From the human T2T-CHM13v2.0 reference genome, Homo sapiens, in assembly GCF_009914755.1 (NCBI RefSeq), contig NC_060945.1: a DNA stretch of 64,000 nucleotides. One strand, given 5' to 3'. A program made the translations under genes and the position numbers. Numbering within the stretch: position 1 is the stretch's first letter; every line of letters starts with the position of its first letter. The notes beneath the pieces were generated by a model. The model searched no databases and had not been told where the DNA came from. It saw only the letters and a list, made by a program, of their open reading frames with translations. Shown here in pieces: positions 54,584-64,000 of the stretch.

Positions 54584-55625
54584 TCAGTCCAGACAGAATT
54601 TCCAGAAGACAAAACAAAACAAAAAAACAGCAGCTTTTGGCTTCAGTAATTTTTCTCTACTGTTTTGGTCTGCTTCCTATTTTTCATTAATTTCAGTTCT
54701 GATATTTATTATTTCCTTTCTTCTGTTTACTTTGTGCTTAATTTGCTTTTTTCCTGGCTTCTTCAGTTGGAGGCTCAGGTCGTGTCTTTGTGCTCCTTCT
54801 TTTCCGCATTTAGTGCTATAAATTTCCCATTAAGCGCTGCATTAGCTTTTCCCCAGAAATTTGGATATGCTGTTATTTTCAATTAACTAAACAAAGTTTT
54901 AATTGTCTCCCAAGAGTCATACAATTTATTGAGAAATGTGTTGTTTAAAATTTCAAAATATGTTGGGATTTTCCAGATAACTATTTTTTACTTCTTGCTT
55001 AACTCTGTTATGCCCTAAAAGCATACTTTGTAGGATTTGTGTTTTTAAAAATTTGTTAAGATATATCTTATGGCCCAGGATATGGTCTATCTTGGTGACG
55101 TCCATGCACATTTGAGAAGAATGTTCTAAGCTGTTGCTGGGTGGTGTGTTCTATGAACATCAATCAGCTCTAGGTGCTGGATAGTGTTGCTCATGCCCTC
55201 TGCATCATTACTGATTTTTCTGTCCATGTGTCTGACAATTACCGAGAGAAGAGAGATGAAGTCTTAAAGCATAACTGGGGATCTGTCTATTTCTCTTTCC
55301 AGTTCGATGGGTTTTTCTTCATGGGGTTTGAAGCCCTGTTGTTTGGTACATGCTCATTTATGACTGTGATGTCTTCTTGGAGCCCTGACCCTCATTATGA
55401 TGCAAAGTCCCTCATCATCCATGTGGATGCTCCTTCTAGATCTACATCTACATCCTCGTAGATGTTGAAATCTATTTGTCAGAGATGAAGCAGCGACTCC
55501 ACCTTTCTTTTGACTAGTGCTTGAATGGTGTATTATGTTTAACTCTATATATGCCTTTAGATTCAAAGTGCATTTCTTGTAGCCACGATGTAGTTGAATC
55601 CTGCTTTTTAAAATCCAATATGACA

Positions 55626-55940
55626 GGTCAGGCGTGGTGGCTCACGCCTGTAATCCCAGCACTTTGGGAGGCGGAGGCGGGCAGATCACGAGGTCAGGAG
55701 ATCAAAACCATCCTGGCTAACACAGTGAAATCCTGTCTCTACTAGAAATACAAAAATATCAGCCAGGCATGGTGGTGAGCGCCTGTAGTCCCAGCTACTC
55801 AGGAGGGTGAGGCAGGAGAATGGTGTGAACCCGGGAGGCAGAGCTTGCCGTGAGCCGAGATGGCGCCACTGCACTCCAGCCTGGGAGACAGCGCGACTCT
55901 GTCTCAAAAAAATAAAAAAATAAAAATAAAATAAATAAAA
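55626..55940 (+). mobile_element. AluY-like
   Basis: catcctggctaacac, gagaatgg.gtgaacccgggagg..gagcttg; target-site duplication AAATCCAAT(A/C)TGACA. Confidence 0.9.
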
Positions 55941-56437
55941 TCCAATCTGACAATCTATCTTTTAACTGGTATGGCTAGACCATCCACATTTAATAGATTA
56001 TTGATACAATTGGATTTTAAGCTACCATTTTGTCACGTGTTTTCTATTTGTTACATGTTTTTTGCTTCTTTTGCTCGCTTTTCTGCCTTCTCTTGGTTAA
56101 CTGAGCATTACTTTATCATTCCATTTTATGTCCTCTTGTCCTATAACTTATACCTCTGTTAGAAAATTGTACTCACTGTCCTAGGGTTAAGTCTTAAATT
56201 AATCAAAGTTTACCTTCGGATAGTATGAGACTGCTTCACGTATAGTGTAAGGACCCCACAGCAGTATTTTCCCAACAATTTCTTCCATGCTCTGTGAATT
56301 ATCATCACATGGTTTACCTTGGAGCATGTTATCAACACAATACAACACTACCATTTTCCCTTTAGATAGTTGGCATTTGCAGCAATTACAATTTTTAATT
56401 ATTTCTTCCATTTCTATACTCTATTACTCTTCATGTC

Positions 56438-56585
56438 TGAAGGAAATAATGTATACAGTGGTCCAATTCCAAGACAAAGTGCCTTGAATTGGCTTAGGTC
56501 AGCAAACTGCAGAAGAAACAGGATATCCTAGGCCCCTGCTCGGATAGCCAACACCTGCTTCTTGGCCTCCCCCTTCCCCCCTTAA
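56438..56585 (+). mobile_element. ERV1-class LTR 5' fragment (MER61-like)
   Basis: tgaaggaaataatgtatacagtggtcc..ttccaagacaaagtgccttgaat.ggcttaggtcagcaaac; family name from memory. Confidence 0.5.
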
Positions 56586-56625
56586 TTTTTAAAAGTTATT
56601 TTCACTAGTAAAGAATTCTGAATCA

Positions 56626-56947
<322 letters not shown>

Positions 56948-59314
56948 TCAGTACTTGAAAGCCATCCCTCCATCATCATCCACCTTGCATAGTGTCTGCA
57001 GATAGTTCTGCTGTGCTTCTTATCTTGGTTCTTCTCGCGTCTCATGTGTCCCTCTCCCTCCCTTCTCCTCCCAGTTCCTTTAGAGAGTTTCTGCATGTCT
57101 TTTTCCCCAGCTGCTTGAATATGCACAGGTTTCTGTGCTTTTTTTTTGTTTCTGTTCTATTTTGTTTGTTTTACTTTTTTGCTGTTTTACCTGATGGATG
57201 TTGTCTGAGTTTCTTTAATCTGTGCTTTGATGTCTGTCATTGATTTTGGAAAATTATTGACCATTATTTCTTCAAATATTCCTTGTCCACCCCCTCACCA
57301 TCTGTGATTCCAATTGTATTATGTTACACTACTTGAGATCGTATTGTAATCCCTCGGAAACACGCTCTATGTTTTTCCTCTTATCTCTTTGGTTTTCCAT
57401 TTGGATGATTTCTATAGAGCTATTTTCAAATTCATGGATTTCTTTGGCTAAGTCAAGTTTACTGACAAGCTTCTCAAAGCCATTTTTCATCTCTTTTACT
57501 GTGTTTTCATTTTTAGCATTTTCATTTTGTTCTTTCTCACAGTTTCTATCTCTTTTCAAGACAGCATATTATTTTAAGCAAAGAAATGGAAATAAGCTAA
57601 GTCTCATGAATGGTGGAAGAATTGACAAATAAGCTAAGTCTCATTAATTTTAGGGAGACTTAGCTAGTTTCATTCAATCATTTATGTAAATGTGTTCATC
57701 CTGGCATAGAAAGAGCTAGAACAGAAATTGAGCTTTAAAAGCAAGTTTCAAAACCATGGATATTATCTCATGTATGCTTTGTTTTTAAAATTCCACAAAG
57801 CAACATAATATTTCTAGAGTAACAAATATCTACAAAATGCATTTTGTAAAACAGCCTGGAAGGAAAACCCACAGAAGATGATAAGGGTTCGGTTTGGCAG
57901 GAGGCAGGGTTGGGACTCCAGCTTTACTGGTCACATGTGGAGTTTTTACAGTGAGGTTGTGTCCTGTGTGAGCTATGTGTCTTCAGACAACTCACCCTGT
58001 GATTGGGTGGATGATGCGGCAGAGAAGGGAGCACAAAGGGCCCTGGCAGGTGCAGGTGGAGGCAGGGCTGAGGCCAGGTCTGCTCTATGTCAAGAGGAGT
58101 GCAGCCTCTCACAAAAGCTGAACAATTCCTAGGCTCCTGCGCACTGCGGGTTGTAACCACGGCCCGGGCAGCTCCTCTGAGCCTGAGTGCAGCCCCTTCC
58201 CTGTCTGTACCACCTCTCCCTGCAAACCCATCAACCCCATCCCAGGCCCCACCTGCCCAGGAAGCAAGACAGACACCTGTGGTGCAGGCCCCAGACTTGA
58301 GGAATCTGCTACCGCTTCTTAGAACCCAGACACGGTCCTAAGCCTGCTCCACCTGCTCCACCCCAGGACCTCTGCCGGAGCTGCCCTCGGTCCTGGATGC
58401 TCTCTCCTCCCTGCGCACCCCACAGCCCATTCCTCCACAGCCCATGAGCCCTCCCCTGGTCCCTGCAATGAGCCACGGCCACTCCCCTGCTCCCCACACC
58501 TGTGCTCCAAGGCCCCCCAGGGACCTGGCACGTCCGTCTCTTTGGGGGCACTGGTTTGAGCCTGCCCCTACCAGAGGGCACAGAGCCTCCAGGACCCTGG
58601 TGGAGGGACAAACAGGGCCGAGCAGAGCTCCATGTGGACGCTGGGCGCTGCCCTCAGAGCACCTGCAGGCGTCTGTGCAGAAGGGCCCGGGAGGAGGTAA
58701 GGCGAATGGAGAGACTTTTGGTCTTATTTTCTACGTGTGTTTCTGCATTTTCTGTTGATTTTTCTGTGGTTATCACATATTACTCGTGTCTACAAAGGAA
58801 ACAATACAACTCTAATAGAAAGAGGGGATGCTACAGAGCCTATGGGGACACAGCCATGAGGCCAAGGTAAGGCCCCAAGTGAAACGAATGAGCAAAAAGA
58901 GTTCGTACAGCTACCAGGTAAGCAGTCACATGTGTTTCATAGTAGCTGTGTCTCCTACTGATCACACCCCCATAGTCCCCAAAGGTGGAGAGTGGGGCAG
59001 GAGAGAGGTAGGCCAACTCAGGCCACAGGTGGGCTGGCACCCGCCCTGCCCCAGCCCCTCCCTCCTGGGAGCCGCAGACAGGCCCCCAGGGCAGTGCATC
59101 AGGCCACACCTGCAGAGACCTGCTTCCCCTGGCAGCAGGCACCTGCCCTGACGGAAGACTTAGGAATGGGTTGGGTTGGGTGGAAGTGGTGCCCCAGGGC
59201 AGGTGAGATGGAAGAGGTGAAAGAGACCTGCACTGCAGGGTTAATGGACAGGGGCCAGACAGACCAGGAGCCTCGGGAGGAGAAGCCACCAGGACCCAGG
59301 ACACATGAACACCC

Positions 59315-59525
59315 CTGACACACACTCACACGCACACAGGCTGACACACATGCACACACTGTACATAGTTACAGAAACACACACATGCACACACACAGCA
59401 CAGAGAGACATGCACACACATGCACACAAGGTACGGTCACAGACACACACACAGCAGACACACAGACACACCCACTGCACTGCAGAGACACCACCAAACC
59501 CTGATAGACACACACAGACTCACTC
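59315..59525. repeat. (CA)-rich low-complexity tract
   Basis: cacacac..cagacacac visible directly. Confidence 0.85.
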
Positions 59526-60987
59526 CTCCATCCACCTGAGAAACAAAAGTTTTGCAGAAGTGTGCGATGACCACTTCTACTCTATGCTGTTCTCCTTAAT
59601 CTTTTTATTTTTAAAAAATGTGGGTCATAATCCTTTACATTGATTTCCTTCCTCACAGTGCACCGCAAGCACTCAGGGAAGGACTCCAGGTTTGAAGGCA
59701 GATGCTGGTCGGGACCCGACCAGGTGGCTGGGCGGGAAGAGGTGAGATCGGGCAGGATTGGGCCTGGGAAGGCTGAGGCAGGCAGGGATGATGCCAGCAG
59801 AGGAGAATCCCAAGCAGGCCCCGCGGCTGCGGCTGGAGAGCTCCAGGGGCGGAGAGGAGGTGGGAGGCAGCAGTCAGGTTGGGAGGACCCTGGCAAGCAA
59901 GCCCAGAGAGGAGGGCCGGGAGGGCCGGGCACTAGAAGTGTGAAGTCACTGCTGCCTCCTGGGGCTGCTTCAGAGGATGGGTGGGGCCACGTGTGGGGAG
60001 ATCAGGGAGACTGGAGACTACGCTGTTTGGTCCAGGCATAGGAGATGAGCCCTGGCCGGGAAGGGACAGTGTGGATGGGCCAGGCGGAATCAGAGGGTTT
60101 CAGAGAAAGCCGTCAAGCCAGTGCCATGAGTTTCGCGCACACGAGGAGGGAGCAGGCTGGGGGGTGTTGCTGGTGTGAGGGCTCTCTGGTTGCAGGGAGC
60201 GGTCCGGTCGGGTGGGGGCACAGCTGCCAGGAGGAAAGCGCCCAGGGCCTGCAGGTGGGGCTCAGGATGCTGGCCCTGAAGAAATAGAAACAGGGTTTTC
60301 ACCTGGGAGGGAGGAGGAGCCTGGGAACTGGGGAGGAAGAGGCTCTGCTGGGCCGCGCCCTGGGAACAGGGGGACCTGGGGACAGATCTGGCCCTCGCAC
60401 GCCCCTCCTGTCTCGCGTCCGTCCCTCCGTGCAGCCGGGGCAGGACCCTGCAGGGGCCTTGCGGGCCGGAGGTGCCGGCTTCCTCCTCCGTCCCGTCCCC
60501 CCCGCGGTGACTCTATTCAAATCTCCCCCCTTCCCGCTGCCCCACCGGACTCAGGGGCTGGGGTCGTAGCCCGGCGGGCAGCGGTGTTCACCTTCCGCAT
60601 AAACCTGGGCTTCCTCGCGGGGCAGCCCCCGGGCCCTGTGCTGGGTCGCAGCCTCGGGCGGTTCCCTCGGGGCGGGACGTGTCCCCGTCCGTCCTCGCCC
60701 GTCCCCGCCGCCCCCGGGTCCCGGCCCGCCCCGTCCTCGCAGCCGCAGGTCCGCTGCGGCGCCCGCCCCCCTCTCCCCTCCCCGGGCCTTGCCCTGCTCG
60801 TCGCTCCGCCCCCTGCCCGGCCCCTGCCCGGCCCCGCCCCGCGCCCGCCCCCTGCCCGCGCCCGCCCCGCCCCCTGCCCGCCCCCTGCCCGGCCTCCCAG
60901 CGGCGGCGGCTGCAGCGCGGCGGTCCGAGCGGGTGCACCGCGGCGGAGGAGGCAGCATCCCGCGGCGCTGACGGTCCTGGGGAGAGC

Positions 60988-60998
60988 ATGGCGCCGAG
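60988..60998 (+). CDS. COL18A1: COL18A1 short isoform exon 1, coding part (ATG GCG CCG AG)
   Basis: ATG at 60988 in a strong Kozak context (gagagcATGg), followed by donor AG|GTGAGG at 60999. Spliced to the next exon it gives [35 protein letters not shown], which I recognise as the signal peptide of short collagen XVIII alpha-1. Confidence 0.95.
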
Positions 60999-61115
60999 GT
61001 GAGGCCGGGGCTGCGGGCAGGGGTTGGGGGACGCCAAGATGCGGCTGCGGGGGTCCCGGGGGTCCCGGGGCTCGGCCGGGTCCTGCGGGGGTCGCGGGGG
61101 TCCTGCGGGGTCTGA

Positions 61116-61919
<804 letters not shown>

Positions 61920-64000
61920 TAACCGGGGCCTCCTGCCTCCAGCCAGCCCAGCAGAGGCCCGGGGGAGGCGGCGGGGACGCGGACCCCAGGGGAGCCCCGC
62001 CCAAAGGGCCTGGGTGCCTTGTCGCGGGTGGAATCCCACCCGGGGGTCCACGCAGCCAGCGCCTGCCTCCGACTCGACTCCACACCTGCTTGCTACAGCG
62101 GGTGAGGAAGCAGGAAAGGGGGAGGGAGGGATGTCGTCTGGATTCCTGTAATAATTTGTTTCATTGTTTCCAATCGACTTAGTCACCAGGTTAAATAGTA
62201 GCATAGACCTTTCAAAAAAGTAGCTAGCTTATAAGTAGATGTATTGAAAACACCTGCTTGTTGAGTCGTAGACAATTCCTCATTTACTGTGTGAACTCTA
62301 GGGGGTGAAACACGGGCGGAGAGCGGCTGTGAGCTCACGCGGCTCCATCCCCACAGCGGCCCAGGGTCACTCGGGGCCATTAATCAGGCCGCAGAGCTGC
62401 CCTCTGAGCCGGGCCGCCAGCGCCCACAGGGCCCAGACCAGGGCTCCCTGGGCGGGATGTTTTAAATCGCACAGGGACAAAGGAAAGGAAAGACGCTGGG
62501 GCCCAAGCCCGAGCTTATGAAACGTTATCAAGGAGGAGATGTAAAAGGTGATGGTTTTTTTGCCTTTGAATAGAAAAAACAAAAACTGTTAACGCGAGCT
62601 TTGGTGAGATGCAATCTTGAGATCTAAGAGTGGGGTGTAAAGTCAGTGCAGGCCTCAGCAGGGAAAGTTACGGTTGGCCAAATGGGCTGTGCGTTCCTCT
62701 TCTGTCCCGGGCCTGCCCCAGCCTCAAGCACTCTGGGGCAGGAAGGCCCCTTGGAGGTGTCTAATGGAATGTGGAAGGCGGGTGGCCAGGAGGCTGAAGC
62801 GGAAGCAGGCCCAGAGAGGGGTCTGCATGCTGCCCACACACCCCTCCCCCAGCCCGGAGAGAACTCAGGCTCCAGGCCACCCGCAGCCCGGGTTCCAGTC
62901 CTTGCAGGACCAAGTCCCCCTGAAATGGGAAAACAGTCGCCCCCTTTAGGGGTTATTGGAGAAGAGCTAATGTGTCTGAAATGCTGACTCTGGCGAGGGT
63001 TTCAGTTGTTCTCAAAACTTAAAAAGCACCCTTGAGAGTTGAAGGCCTGAGGCCCAGTTTGCTGATTTGCACATTTTTTTCTGGCCAAGAATGATGCATC
63101 TTTCCATGTCTCTGTGCTACACTTGATCCCTAGAAAAGTCTTTTGCTTTTTTGTGTCAGGATTGGTCACTGTGATGCTGAGGTTCTTGAATGGTGTTTGT
63201 GCCTTTCCCTGTAATCAGGAACCTGGGCTCAGTGGTCACTTGGCCGCTTGGTTGCCACCCAGCTGTGTGAGGTGCCGCAGTCTTACCTGCAATCTCTCCT
63301 CTGGTGGATTTGTGTGTGCGAAACAGCCGTGACCCCCAAGAGGTGCTTGTAGTCAGTGCTTCAGAGTCAGAGTGGAGCTGAGGAAGAGGACTGTGTCACC
63401 GGGGCAGTTGCTGATGCCCATGGCCACGCCAGGAGCCTGGTCTCATGAGTCTCCTTGTCTCTGAGCCTCTCCTACACTCCACCATGGCATCAAGCTCTAC
63501 CCCTGCCTCCCTGCAGCCCCCAGAAGATGCATGTCCTGCCCCTGCTCACCACTAGGACCTCCTCCTGTCTGGTGGTCAGCACAGAGCCCAGTGATGTGGG
63601 TACAAGGCAGGGTCCCTGCGCCTCACTTCCCACTCCCTCTGAAGCCCTGCAGGGATTGGGCTTCAGTGACCTGGGTTCCGTGGGTGTGGCTCACCCCAGG
63701 GCACACGGCGCCTAGGTAACGAGAGACCCTCCCGCGTAGAAGGTGGTCTTGTTTCTGGGCTCACCCACTGGGGAGTCTTCAGGATTCAGATGCAAGGACT
63801 TTGGAAGATAGTTTTGAATTTCAGCAAAACTTGTTTTTCAGGGCACTCCTGTTTTCCTGTAAATGAAAGCAGAGCAGGGGAAGTCCTCTGTAGGAAAACC
63901 TAGAAGGAGTGAACTGCCCTGCTCCAGAGTGCAGGCGCCAGACACTGGGGGCCAGTCCGGGAGAGCCCCACTTCACCTGCTGCTGCTCCATTTAAAAGTG

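Noticed and set aside
62100-64000. Antisense lncRNA exon(s) in COL18A1 intron 2
   Set aside because: I recall antisense transcripts being annotated in this intron but cannot define exon boundaries or a poly(A) signal from the sequence.

Overview
Human (or very close great-ape) genomic DNA from GC-rich distal 21q22.3. About 60 kb is repeat-rich intergenic sequence upstream of COL18A1. The window ends in the COL18A1 CpG-island promoter (P1) and the first two coding exons of the short isoform (MAPR|[31 protein letters not shown]..). No other protein-coding gene is supported; nearly all ORFs in the track come from VNTRs, Alus or GC-rich sequence. Notable non-coding structure: (1) a ~190-bp mitochondrial COX1 insertion (NUMT) inside a simple tandem repeat; (2) a ~690-bp, ~95%-identical inverted duplication enclosing a 4.9-kb spacer that contains an AP-1/ARE motif cluster; (3) a 35-copy 58-bp minisatellite with higher-order structure; (4) many other VNTRs and small dispersed local duplications; (5) the usual Alu, L1, MaLR/ERV LTR, MIR and MER2 elements. 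I found no convincing novel biological system. The best candidates for something undescribed are structural or regulatory, namely the possibly invertible enhancer cassette and the repeat-embedded NUMT. Repeat subfamily names and comparisons to mtDNA are from memory, not from a search.
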